Shown: positions 7,562 to 15,920, counted from the first letter of the stretch. The stretch: 34,119 nucleotides of DNA from Candidatus Aenigmatarchaeota archaeon (GCA_016202785.1 JACQOC010000023.1:1-34119); one strand, 5' to 3'. Numbers and translations are program-made. Notes: generated by a model from the letters alone, not told the origin.

Positions 7562-7972
7562 CTATTCAGCAGTGACGGCCTTGCCGCCGGCCTTCTCGAT
7601 CTTAGCCGCAGCAGCGGCTGAGAACAGCTTGGCCTTGACTGTCACCGGCCGGCTGACCGGACCGGCGCCGAGAACCTTGTCAAAACCAAACTTGGCCGCG
7701 TCGATCTCCGCTGACTGGTCGAGGCGCAGCAGGTCGCCGATGTTTATGGCCGTGGCCTTGCTGGCTAGGCCCTTGCGGCGCAGGCTCTTGAAGCCGTGCT
7801 TGCCGAGATGGCCAGGCAGGTATTTGAGATAATACAGCTTGCGGTGGCCGAGGCTGCCGGCATGCCCTTTCCCGCCCCGGTTGCCTTTGCCGCGGTGCTT
7901 CTTCTTCCCGCCCCAGCCGTGGGTCTTGCTGCCCCGCAGCTTAACCTTCTTGGTGCGTCCGCCGCTGCTCAT
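7562..7972 (-). CDS. rpl15: Ribosomal protein uL15
   Basis: KLRGSKTHGWGGKKKHRGKGNRGGKG N-terminus. Position between uL30 and secY. Confidence 0.9.
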   Translation of the reverse strand: MSSGGRTKKVKLRGSKTHGWGGKKKHRGKGNRGGKGHAGSLGHRKLYYLKYLPGHLGKHGFKSLRRKGLASKATAINIGDLLRLDQSAEIDAAKFGFDKVLGAGPVSRPVTVKAKLFSAAAAAKIEKAGGKAVTAE

Positions 7973-8388
7973 ACCATCCGCTCCAAAAGCTCGTTGATTT
8001 TTTCGCCCCTATTCCCCAAGTCGCCCTGCGGGAAGAACTTGCGCGCCGACCTTAGGCCCTTGGAGGGCGGCGAAAGCCGGAACACGCGCTTGATCGGCAC
8101 GTCCAGATTGCCTTTGAACAAATCTTTAGCCATTTTCTGCGCATCCGCCTTGGCAATGCGCTTGTCGCCCGGCAGGCGGCCGCGCTTGGCCACCAACAGG
8201 TTGAGCGTCGCTTCATTGATCTTGCCGAAAGTGATGTATTGCCCGACGCGCTTGAGCATGCCCTCATTGGTCTTGTCTTCCTTCAACAACACGCAATGGT
8301 TGGCCCGAGTCAACCTTAGGCTGGCCAAGGTCTTGTGGTCCTCGTGGCTCAAACCAATATTGCCGCGCAGCCGGATTGCAGCGTACAT
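7969..8388 (-). CDS. rpl30: Ribosomal protein uL30
   Basis: MYAAIRLRGNIGLSHEDHKTLASLRLTRANHCVL. 4-nt overlap with the uL15 start. Confidence 0.9.
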   Translation of the reverse strand: MYAAIRLRGNIGLSHEDHKTLASLRLTRANHCVLLKEDKTNEGMLKRVGQYITFGKINEATLNLLVAKRGRLPGDKRIAKADAQKMAKDLFKGNLDVPIKRVFRLSPPSKGLRSARKFFPQGDLGNRGEKINELLERMV

Positions 8389-9039
8389 TTAGATGTCTCC
8401 CTTAGTCTTGTTGAGGCTCTTGAGCGCCGCAAAAACCGCAAGCATGAGGTTAGTCCTGGTTTGCGTCTGGCCTTCGGTAGCAACCCAAGCGTCCTTGATG
8501 CCGGCCAGCATGAGTATGTTCCGCACCGGCTTGTTGGCCACTAGTCCCACGCCTTTGGGCGCCGGGGAAATGGTGACGGTCACTGACCCGGTCTTGGCCG
8601 AGGTGCGGAACGGTATGGAATGCGTGCCGTTGCAGACGCACTCCCAGTTGCCACAGCCGCGCCTTACCCTAATTACGCTCAGCTTGGCCTGGGTGGTGGC
8701 CTTTTCAATCGCCGTCCTATGCTCCCTCGAACTGGCCTTGCCCAAACCCACGATGCCGTTCTCATTGCCGATGACCACCATGGCGCTAAGCTTGTACCTG
8801 CGACCGGACTTGTGCATCCTTGCGGTCCTGCGGGTAGCGGTCCTGCGGATCCCGCCGCCTTTGCCCGGGCTGCCGCCGATGTAAACCACATCGGTCTTCA
8901 ACTCCGGCATCAGGAAATCGACTATTTCCGGTTCCAGTATGACCTGGCCGGAAGATAGTATGGAGTCCAAACCGCCGGTCTCCTTCTTCAACACCTTCTG
9001 CCCGAGTTCGGTCTTTGGCGACCAGTCTGCGAGTGCCAT
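8389..9039 (-). CDS. rps5: Ribosomal protein uS5
   Basis: RMHKSGRRYKLSAMVVIGNENGIVGLG, VRRGCGNWEC, SVTVTISPAPKGVGL. I prefer the ATG at 9039 (MALADWSPKTELGQ...), which aligns with archaeal S5 N-termini and avoids overlap with bud32. The track's 9102 start is a TTG. Confidence 0.88.
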   Translation of the reverse strand: MALADWSPKTELGQKVLKKETGGLDSILSSGQVILEPEIVDFLMPELKTDVVYIGGSPGKGGGIRRTATRRTARMHKSGRRYKLSAMVVIGNENGIVGLGKASSREHRTAIEKATTQAKLSVIRVRRGCGNWECVCNGTHSIPFRTSAKTGSVTVTISPAPKGVGLVANKPVRNILMLAGIKDAWVATEGQTQTRTNLMLAVFAALKSLNKTKGDI

Positions 9040-9061
9040 ATTGTCTGCGGCCAAATGCTGT

Positions 9062-9688
9062 TCAAGCGTCGGCCTTGGCCTTGTACCGACGCCGTTTTTC
9101 AATCTCCGCCAGCCGGTTTATAACCGCGTTGGCCTGCTCATAATTATCCCTATATGCATTTAAAAGCCTTGGCGCGGCCTCTGCGTATAGGGAATGGTGC
9201 GAAGCCCGTACCGCTTCCAGGAGCAGGTATAGGTCAGTCGCCTGGTCTTCCGCCTTCCTGCTGCTCTTGGCCAGCCCGAAATCCAGCAGCCACAGCTTGC
9301 CGCCGGCCAGAATCATGTTGGACGTGGTCAGGTCACCGTGAACGATGCCCACCGCATGGAGTTTAGCCACCGCGCTTGCCATGAAGCCATAGGCTGACAG
9401 CCGCTCCTGCTTGCCAAGGCCGGCCAGCGTTTCCTTGAGCGTCCGGCCCGCTATCCTTTCCAGCCAGATCCGGTAATCATCATCCGCCATGACGGCCGGC
9501 ACGTCCAGCCCAGCTCGTCGCGCTTGGCCGAGCATTCTAGCTTCGTTGCGGGTGCGCAACTTCCTCAGCCTTTGGTCCAATTCCGGCTGCCGATAGCCTT
9601 TCGCCAGCCGCTGTTTTAGGACCGCCGGCCGGCCGTCTTTTTCTTCTAAGGTCAGCAGCGCTTCCGCGCCTCTCTTAAGTATATTCAT
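9062..9688 (-). CDS. bud32: Bud32/PRPK atypical kinase (KEOPS subunit), stand-alone
   Basis: 208-aa small RIO-like kinase with GAEA, R.R.EARML...AG..VP, HGDLTTSNMI and LLDFGLA motifs. Confidence 0.85.
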   Translation of the reverse strand: MNILKRGAEALLTLEEKDGRPAVLKQRLAKGYRQPELDQRLRKLRTRNEARMLGQARRAGLDVPAVMADDDYRIWLERIAGRTLKETLAGLGKQERLSAYGFMASAVAKLHAVGIVHGDLTTSNMILAGGKLWLLDFGLAKSSRKAEDQATDLYLLLEAVRASHHSLYAEAAPRLLNAYRDNYEQANAVINRLAEIEKRRRYKAKADA

Positions 9689-9706
9689 ATAGGCACCTGT
9701 CCGCCG

Positions 9707-9733
9707 ATTTTATAATGCTGACAGCATTAAAAA
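9707..9733. promoter_or_regulatory. Bidirectional promoter candidate: two opposed TATA-like boxes around a 7-bp inverted repeat
   Basis: aTTTTATAATGCTGaCAGCATTAAAAAc, with AATGCTG (9714-9720) and CAGCATT (9722-9728) as arms. It lies ~20-27 nt from the bud32 start (9688) and ~26 nt from the csaA-like start (9754). Confidence 0.45.
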
Positions 9734-9753
9734 CCGCATAAGGCCGGGAAAGA

Positions 9754-10125
9754 ATGGTTAAATCTTCCGGCAACAAAAATACGCTTATGAACCATATCTC
9801 CTTTGGCGATTTCCTGAAGGTGGACATGCGCGTAGGACGGATAGTTGACGTGCAGGATTTCCCTGAGGCAAGGAAGCCGGCCTACAAGCTGAAGATTGAT
9901 TTTGGCCAGCCGTTGGGCGTACGGCAGTCCAGCGCGCAGCTGCGCCAGACGTACGGGAAGCAGGAATTGATGAACAAGCGGATAATAGCGGTAGTCAACT
10001 TCCCGCCGAAACATGTGGCTGGCTTCAAATCTGAAGTTCTGGTGCTTGGCGTACCGGATCAGGAAGGGAATGCCGTGCTGATTGCGCCGGACGAACGGGC
10101 GGAAAACGGCGGGAGAGTGTACTAG
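9754..10125 (+). CDS. csaA: tRNA-binding OB-fold protein (CsaA/Trbp111/EMAP-II-like)
   Basis: F.KVDMRVGRIV....P.ARKPAYKLKIDFG...G.RQSSAQL...Y....L....I.AVVNF.PK.VAGF.SEVLVLG. An alternative start is the ATG at 9787. Confidence 0.8.
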   Translation: MVKSSGNKNTLMNHISFGDFLKVDMRVGRIVDVQDFPEARKPAYKLKIDFGQPLGVRQSSAQLRQTYGKQELMNKRIIAVVNFPPKHVAGFKSEVLVLGVPDQEGNAVLIAPDERAENGGRVY

Positions 10126-10126
10126 C

Positions 10127-11611
10127 ATGGCCGGCAAGGACGCCAAACCGGGAAGGGATAGCAGTCTGGAACGGAAGCAGCAGGCCGGCATCACGATCAA
10201 GAAGGCGGACAACTTTTCCGACTGGTACAATGAGGTCGTATTGAAATCAGGCTTGGTCGACTATGCCAGCACCAAAGGCTTCATGTTCATCAAGCCGCAT
10301 GGCTATGCGATCTGGGAATGGATACAAAAGATCCTGGACGCCAAGCTGAAGGAAAAGGGCCATGAAAACGCTTACGCGCCGGCGGTCATACCGGAAAGCC
10401 TGCTGGCCAAAGAAGCGGAGCATGTCAAAGGCTTTGCCCCCGAGTGCTTTTACATAACCAGGTCGGGCAGCAACGAGCTGAACGAGAAGCTGGTGCTGCG
10501 GCCGACCAGCGAGACCATCATCTACGAGTCGTATGCGAAATGGATCAGGAGCTATAGGGACTTGCCAGTCTTGATGAACTTCTGGAACTCCGTGTTCCGG
10601 GCCGAGATAAAAATGACCAAGCTGTTCATCCGGACTTGCGAATTCCTGTGGCAGGAAGGGCACACGGTGCACGCGACGGAGCAGGATGCAGACCGGGAAG
10701 TTTTAGACATTTTGGACACTTACCAAGACCTGGCGGAAAATTACCTGGCGATAAAGGTGCTGAAAGGCAAGAAATCGGAGGGGGAAAAATTTGCCGGCGC
10801 GCTGTATACTACAGCTATAGAATCGCTCATGCCAGATGGCAAAGCGCTACAGATGGGCACCAGCCACAACCTCGGCCAGCACTTCTCCAAAACGTTCGGC
10901 ATCAAGTTCATCGACAAGGACGAAAAGGAAAAATTAGCTTGGCAGACCAGCTGGGGCGTTTCGACCAGGCTGATTGGCGCAATCGTCATGGTGCATGGGG
11001 ATGACAAAGGCCTGGTGCTGCCGCCGCAGGTTGCGCCCATCCAGATAGCAATAGTCCCGATAATCTTCGAGCAGGGCAAACAAGCCGTTACCGAGAAGGC
11101 CCAGGAAATTTACCGGAGGCTCAAGGGTAAGTTCCGCACCAAACTGGACGACCGCATCGAATATACGGCCGGCTGGAAGTTCAACGAGTGGGAGATGAAA
11201 GGCGTGCCGCTGCGGATAGAGGTCGGGCCAAAGGACGTGGAGAAGAAGCAAGTCGTTGTTGTCTCCAGGGTTGACGGCAAGAAGGATTTCGTGCCCGAAA
11301 AAGACGTCGAAACCTTTGTCGAGGCCAAGCTGGCGACAGTCCAGAAGCAGATGCTGGAGAAATCGGAACAGCTGTTAAAGGACAGCGGCAGGCCGGCCAA
11401 GGGCTTCAAGGAGCTGAAGAAGCTGGTGGAGGCCAGGAGCATGGCCCATGCTGGCTGGTGCGGCGACGGCAAGTGCGAGGAGGCGATCAAGCAAGAAACT
11501 ACGGCCAGCATAAGGGTGATACCGTTCGGCAAGGACGGTGAAGGCCAGGGCAAGTGCGTCTACTGCGGCAAGGCGGCCAAGCACATGGCATACTTTGCGA
11601 AGGCGTATTGA
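10127..11611 (+). CDS. proS: Prolyl-tRNA synthetase (archaeal/eukaryotic type)
   Basis: FSDWYNEVVLKSGL.DY...KG, LRPTSET, FRAE, WQEGHT, class II motifs and a C-terminal Zn-binding C....C..C..C tail. The ATG at 10127 follows the csaA stop by 1 nt with GGGAGAG ~10 nt upstream. The track's 10082 start is a TTG inside csaA. Confidence 0.95.
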   Translation: MAGKDAKPGRDSSLERKQQAGITIKKADNFSDWYNEVVLKSGLVDYASTKGFMFIKPHGYAIWEWIQKILDAKLKEKGHENAYAPAVIPESLLAKEAEHVKGFAPECFYITRSGSNELNEKLVLRPTSETIIYESYAKWIRSYRDLPVLMNFWNSVFRAEIKMTKLFIRTCEFLWQEGHTVHATEQDADREVLDILDTYQDLAENYLAIKVLKGKKSEGEKFAGALYTTAIESLMPDGKALQMGTSHNLGQHFSKTFGIKFIDKDEKEKLAWQTSWGVSTRLIGAIVMVHGDDKGLVLPPQVAPIQIAIVPIIFEQGKQAVTEKAQEIYRRLKGKFRTKLDDRIEYTAGWKFNEWEMKGVPLRIEVGPKDVEKKQVVVVSRVDGKKDFVPEKDVETFVEAKLATVQKQMLEKSEQLLKDSGRPAKGFKELKKLVEARSMAHAGWCGDGKCEEAIKQETTASIRVIPFGKDGEGQGKCVYCGKAAKHMAYFAKAY

Positions 11612-12296
11612 TGGTGATGGTTTACACTTAACAAATACTTGCACGATAATATCCATAGCCAAGAAAAGCACGAAAGACTCGGATCCGGAAGATTTCAAGG
11701 TTCTCAGCGCCGCAAAAAAAGAGATTTGAGGAAAGCAGAATTGAGATTAAGAAAGGCCTTTACATAAGTCTAGAAGAACCCAAAGAAAGGTTGCGTTGAT
11801 ATTATAGAAATCTTTTCCAGATTTCGCAGTCCATTACAATTATTCCAGCATTTTTGTATCGTTCCCAACCACGTTTATCTCCAGGGAGTTGGTTATGTTC
11901 TTCACGAGTTACTATACACCCTATTGCTTTTTTGTCCAAAATATTTTGATAGTTTTCTGGGTTTTTCAAAAGTTCTTCCCTAATTTGCTTAACAGTCCAT
12001 ACATGCTCATGATTTATTGGTACCTCTCTACGAGATAACACAGATTTAGATCTATACTTAGTATTGTAAGTTCCATCAACTGTTGTGATTGACCAAATAA
12101 CATGACGTAGGAATTTGTATTTTATTTCGTTTCCCATTTCCAAATCTATTATGGTCTTTGCCAAGAGATACAGATCCTTTAATTTTTGCTCTCTGCCTAT
12201 TTTTGGAATATATTTTTTCAATACACCAGAACGGTTCGTGTTTGTGAACATAATTATTCAAGTACCGATAAAGACGAATAAGTTGAAAAAAGTTCA
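11612..12296. other. Low-GC island, ~33-37% G+C on sampled lines versus ~60-65% in flanking coding DNA
   Basis: Composition changes abruptly just after the proS stop (11611) and again near 12296, inside the last ~14 codons of the MTHFR-like gene. My counts on 60-nt lines: 22/60 and 20/60 inside, 39/60 just outside. Confidence 0.7.
11802..12251 (-). CDS. Orphan 149-aa protein with a possible His-Me finger (HNH-like) motif pair; function unknown
   Basis: It is the only long ORF in the low-GC island and uses AT-rich codons. The motifs are PINHEHVWT...(N97/N100/N103)...GCIVTREEHNQL...GWERYKNAGI. Its start lies 2 nt after the MTHFR-like stop on the same strand. Confidence 0.5.
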   Translation of the reverse strand: MFTNTNRSGVLKKYIPKIGREQKLKDLYLLAKTIIDLEMGNEIKYKFLRHVIWSITTVDGTYNTKYRSKSVLSRREVPINHEHVWTVKQIREELLKNPENYQNILDKKAIGCIVTREEHNQLPGDKRGWERYKNAGIIVMDCEIWKRFL

Positions 12297-13186
12297 TCAA
12301 TCAGCGGCCTGCAAACGGCAAGGTTGTGGCTCATCACGTGCTCGACATTGATCGCTATCGGCACCTTGATGTTTTTCTCCTCGACGAACCTGACGATGTC
12401 TAGGAAGACCTCGCACTCTACTTCGATTGACCGCGCGGCGATGCCGCGGCCGGAGGCAAGCAGATGGCTTTCCGTCTCATTGGATATGACGACGCCCAGC
12501 CACTTGAGGAAATCTATGTCGGCCTTTGAGGAGGCCGGGGCAAAGCTCAGGAAGATGCGCTTCGGCATGGCATGGTGCTGGCGGCAATAGGCATCGTAGG
12601 AGGCCAATAGTTGTTTGGTCGCTGAGCTGTCGTACAGTACTTGGCTGGTGAAGAATTCGAGGCCATGTTGGGCCTTGTGGTGCAGTCGTTCGGCCTCGCC
12701 GGGCCGGGAAGGGATAGTGATGCCGCCCAGAAAGTATTCTAGGCCGTTGGCCACGGCCAGGCCGGCGCAGCCCGTGACTGACGGGCCAGGATATTTTGCC
12801 TTGCTGCTTTCTCCGCCGACCAGCACCAAATTGCGGATGCCGTAAATCCTGCTGGTGTTTTCCAGCCAGTCGCGCTGCCGCTCGATCGTGTCATAAACGG
12901 TGCAGCGGTTGACAATTGCTTCTATGCCGAAGGTGTTCTGCACCCATTGGCCGTAAATCCGCGGCTCCATCTTCGGGAGGTATTTTACGGTGCGCGCGCC
13001 GGTCCGGCTTTCCTCCCTTATCTCCGGCAAATTGATGGCATCGATCCGCTTGCCAAGGACGTCCATCAGGCGCTCGAGGTGCGCATGGATTTGGTATTTT
13101 CCGGCATGCATGGCAGGCGTTATCACTTCAAAAATCAGCGGCTTGGATGATGGGTCGAGAACCTGCTCCTTGAACGGCTGCTTCAT
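12254..13186 (-). CDS. Methylenetetrahydrofolate reductase (MetF/MTHFR)-like protein
   Basis: MTHFR-family pattern: NLVLVGGE, FLGGITIP, KAQHGLEFFTSQVLYD, FLSFAP. The ATG at 13186 forms an ATGA overlap with the upstream metE stop. The track's longer 13276 start runs into metE. Confidence 0.7.
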   Translation of the reverse strand: MKQPFKEQVLDPSSKPLIFEVITPAMHAGKYQIHAHLERLMDVLGKRIDAINLPEIREESRTGARTVKYLPKMEPRIYGQWVQNTFGIEAIVNRCTVYDTIERQRDWLENTSRIYGIRNLVLVGGESSKAKYPGPSVTGCAGLAVANGLEYFLGGITIPSRPGEAERLHHKAQHGLEFFTSQVLYDSSATKQLLASYDAYCRQHHAMPKRIFLSFAPASSKADIDFLKWLGVVISNETESHLLASGRGIAARSIEVECEVFLDIVRFVEEKNIKVPIAINVEHVMSHNLAVCRPLIDELFSTYSSLSVLE

Positions 13187-14316
13187 CCAAACTCCTGCCG
13201 GGCAAGCGCAGCACCTGCCACCATGTTCTGCAATTTCGCAAACGCGACTTCCCAGGTGCGGGTGCGCAGCCCGCAATCGGGGTTGACATAGACCTTAGCC
13301 GGGTCGCCGAGCGTTTTGGCAGCAAACAGTATCCGGTCGCGGATCAGCTCCGGCTGCTCTATCTCATCATTGTGGACGTTGAACACTCCAAGGCCGATCT
13401 GGCCAGGATAGTTATGTTCGCGGAACAGCTCCAGGATCTTGTAGCCGGCCCGGTTGTTGTCGTCGCGGTTGGCAAATTCCCAGGTGAACATGCCGCACTT
13501 CTTCATCTCCATGATGTGCGGGAACATTCTTTGGTAGTCGCTGAAACAGATGTGCACGCTGAACCGGCAGCCGATGCCTTTGACGGACTCGTTGAACGAC
13601 TCCACGATGAGCGGCACGTCATCCGGGTGGGTGGCAGCGGCCGGCTCATCGATCTGGATGAAGCTGCAGCCCGCTTCTACCAGCGATTTGATGTTGGGCC
13701 TAATTATGTCCCGGGCCAGGTCCAAAGCCAATTCCCGTTTCGCTTCCCGGCTGGCCTGCCGGTAGTTGCCGTGCGGCTGCCGCTTCAGGTAGTGCTCGTT
13801 GAACGACCAGTCGGCTAGCGTGTACGCGCCGGTGATCGGCACCTTGAGTTGTTTGGTAGAGATGGTCTTGACGAAGTTGAACTCATCGGTGTGGTAAGGC
13901 TTTTGCAGCTGCGGCTGGCCAACACAAGCCGCTTTCAGGTAATATTTGTTGTCGAAGCTCCTGACTTCGCCGTAGAACTTGAAGCCGTCGGTGTAGGTTA
14001 TCGGGTGCTGGTACATCTCCACCCTGGTCTGCTCGCCGTTGTAGACGTAGTCCAAGCCGGCCTGTTCAAAAAGCTTGACGACGAAAATGCTCGACAGCTG
14101 GCGCATCCGCTCCTTGTCAACTGCGGTCAGCTGCTGCTTGGCCAACAGGGTTTCAGTTTCCGATACGGTTTCATTGCTGACCGCAAGCTGGCCGGCCCAC
14201 TGGCACAGCAGTTGCAGGTCGTGTGGAGATGTAGCCCGGTTCGCAATCTTCTTGACATGCCATACCGGTTTGGCCAGGCTGCCGATCTCCTGGGCCGGGA
14301 ACAGCTTCTCAGCCAT
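13183..14316 (-). CDS. metE: Cobalamin-independent methionine synthase, catalytic (MetE C-terminal-type) domain protein
   Basis: Meth_synt_2-like: IQIDEPA, the Zn-ligand motifs SVHICF and NPDCGL, and a UROD/MetE-fold length of 377 aa. Confidence 0.85.
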   Translation of the reverse strand: MAEKLFPAQEIGSLAKPVWHVKKIANRATSPHDLQLLCQWAGQLAVSNETVSETETLLAKQQLTAVDKERMRQLSSIFVVKLFEQAGLDYVYNGEQTRVEMYQHPITYTDGFKFYGEVRSFDNKYYLKAACVGQPQLQKPYHTDEFNFVKTISTKQLKVPITGAYTLADWSFNEHYLKRQPHGNYRQASREAKRELALDLARDIIRPNIKSLVEAGCSFIQIDEPAAATHPDDVPLIVESFNESVKGIGCRFSVHICFSDYQRMFPHIMEMKKCGMFTWEFANRDDNNRAGYKILELFREHNYPGQIGLGVFNVHNDEIEQPELIRDRILFAAKTLGDPAKVYVNPDCGLRTRTWEVAFAKLQNMVAGAALARQEFG

Positions 14317-15271
14317 GGTTGGCCTCCAATATCCTTGCGGCTTTCGATAGCGCTTCCATCTTTTGCTCAGCTATCGACAAAGGTAGGAATTCCAGGTCGC
14401 AGTTCGGCGCCAGGTAAAAGCGCTTGCTGCCGATCTTCTCCAGCGCCGTTGCTGCCCGGGAAGCCAGGTTGTCAGCAGTTTCGACCAGGGAATTGCGCGC
14501 ATCCGCCAGGCCCAAAATGGCTTCCTTGCCGGCCAGGCTGGCCAGGGATTGCGCATCAGTTTCGGTCAGGTCGATACCGAAGCCGTCAACCGGCAGCTCC
14601 ATAATTTGGCTGGCAAAGGCGGCGAAGTCGCCGAAATAAGTGTGGACGTAGGCCTTGGCCTTGATGCCGCCAAGTAGGATGGCATATCCGGCCATGATGG
14701 CTTCCCAATCGGCCGGCCGCAGCAGGTTGCGCGCCGCGTTGTAGGCAATGGCCGGCTCGTTGAACTGGACTGCCTGGCAAGCAGCCGGCAAGTTCCGGCA
14801 TGTAGCTGCTAGGATTTCGGCAATGGCCGGCAACAGCTTGCCCAGGCCATGGTAATGCCGGTCTTCGGCTGACACAGCAAATGTGTATGGGCCGGGCAAG
14901 ACGGCCTTGAACGGCTTGCCTGGTTGGTGTAACAGATAGTTGGAAATGAAGCTGCCGTCGGTCTGCAAGTCGTTTTCAACTACTGGCTGGCGGAAGAAAG
15001 TGTTGTTTTCAAACCACCTGGTAAGGGTGCCGTGGCGCATGCCTTTGACGTTCTCGGAGAAGGGCCGGAAGAGGTCCTGCCACCGGAGCAGGCCATCAGC
15101 AGCCGGAGCAAAGCCCAATTTGGCTTGCCGTTCCTCCAGGCGCGCGTAGTCAGCAGCTATGCCTCGTTCCAGCGCGCTGGCATCAGCCCTTGCCCGGTCG
15201 TGATCGCGCGAAACCCTGATAAGTTCCGACGATCGGGGGTGAATGCCGGTCAGCGTGCAGGGAATTGCCAT
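14309..15271 (-). CDS. MetE N-terminal-domain-like protein (non-catalytic half of a split methionine synthase)
   Basis: Same fold signature (TGIHPRS, QFNEPAI, APNCDLEFL) but no His-x-Cys Zn motif. 8-nt overlap with the metE start. I prefer the ATG at 15271 (MAIPCTLTGIHPRS), which has tttaataa ~25 nt upstream. Alternative starts are 15313 or 15472. Confidence 0.6.
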   Translation of the reverse strand: MAIPCTLTGIHPRSSELIRVSRDHDRARADASALERGIAADYARLEERQAKLGFAPAADGLLRWQDLFRPFSENVKGMRHGTLTRWFENNTFFRQPVVENDLQTDGSFISNYLLHQPGKPFKAVLPGPYTFAVSAEDRHYHGLGKLLPAIAEILAATCRNLPAACQAVQFNEPAIAYNAARNLLRPADWEAIMAGYAILLGGIKAKAYVHTYFGDFAAFASQIMELPVDGFGIDLTETDAQSLASLAGKEAILGLADARNSLVETADNLASRAATALEKIGSKRFYLAPNCDLEFLPLSIAEQKMEALSKAARILEANHG

Positions 15272-15359
15272 TAAACCTGTTGGCCCGGCAGCGTTTAATA
15301 ACTGCCTGAGCATATTATTCCAAAATGAATAATCAAGCGTGGATGGTGTTGGAAATAGC

Positions 15360-15920
15360 ATGATACTGGCAATAACTGGAACGCCGGGCGCCGGCAAGAC
15401 GGCAGTGGGGAAGGAGCTGGCCAAACTGCTGGGCTGGAAGTTTGTCGAGCTGAACCGGATAGCGGAAAGCAAGCAACTTTATTCCGGCTATGACCATGCC
15501 CGGAAATGCTGGATCGTGGACCTGAAAAAGTTGCAAAAGTTTGCGGCCGGGCTGGCAGGAAATGCGATAATGGAGTCGCATTATGCCCACGAATTGCAGG
15601 CTGACGCCATTGTCGTGCTGAGGTGCAAGCCCAAGCAGCTCATTGCCAGGCTTAGGAAACGCGGCTGGAGCAAGCAGAAAATAGCCGAAAATGTCGAGGC
15701 GGAGATAATGGAAATCTGCTTGGCGGAGGCCAGGGAATCAGGCAAACCGGTTATTGTGGCCGATTCAAGCGGCAGGGATGCAGGGAAAACCGCTGCGACG
15801 ATTGGCAGAAAACTGGCAGCTCTGGGCCGGTTGGCAGGGCGCAGGGCTAGCGCAAATGGAAAACCGAAACAAGTTCGTGGTCAGCAATCGGGCCGTAAAT
15901 CTTCTGCAGGCTGGCCTTAA
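15360..15920 (+). CDS. fap7: Fap7/AK6-type nucleoside-triphosphatase/adenylate kinase (ribosome biogenesis factor)
   Basis: MILAITGTPGAGKTAVGKELA P-loop start, H.......D.VVVLRC.P..L..RL..RG.S..K..ENVEAEI. The start at 15360 is chosen from family N-termini. Confidence 0.8.
   Translation: MILAITGTPGAGKTAVGKELAKLLGWKFVELNRIAESKQLYSGYDHARKCWIVDLKKLQKFAAGLAGNAIMESHYAHELQADAIVVLRCKPKQLIARLRKRGWSKQKIAENVEAEIMEICLAEARESGKPVIVADSSGRDAGKTAATIGRKLAALGRLAGRRASANGKPKQVRGQQSGRKSSAGWP

Noticed and set aside
10082-10126. Longer N-terminal extensions proposed by the ORF track (10082 proS, 9102 uS5, 13276 MTHFR-like, 15472 MetE-N-like, 15339 fap7, 22708 DedA, 27115 NTP-transferase, 30805 flippase-like)
   Set aside because: The extensions use TTG/GTG or distant ATG codons. 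They overlap neighbouring genes or run antisense through them. They add residues absent from family N-termini. Internal ATGs give canonical N-termini and sensible overlaps or spacers.
11802-12251. HEPN-type RNase reading of the 149-aa protein, via RREVPINH as an Rx4-6H motif
   Set aside because: The motif context is atypical (no polar residue after Arg), the protein is not predicted to be all-helical around it, and the paired His-containing motifs fit a His-Me finger better. It remains a remote alternative only.
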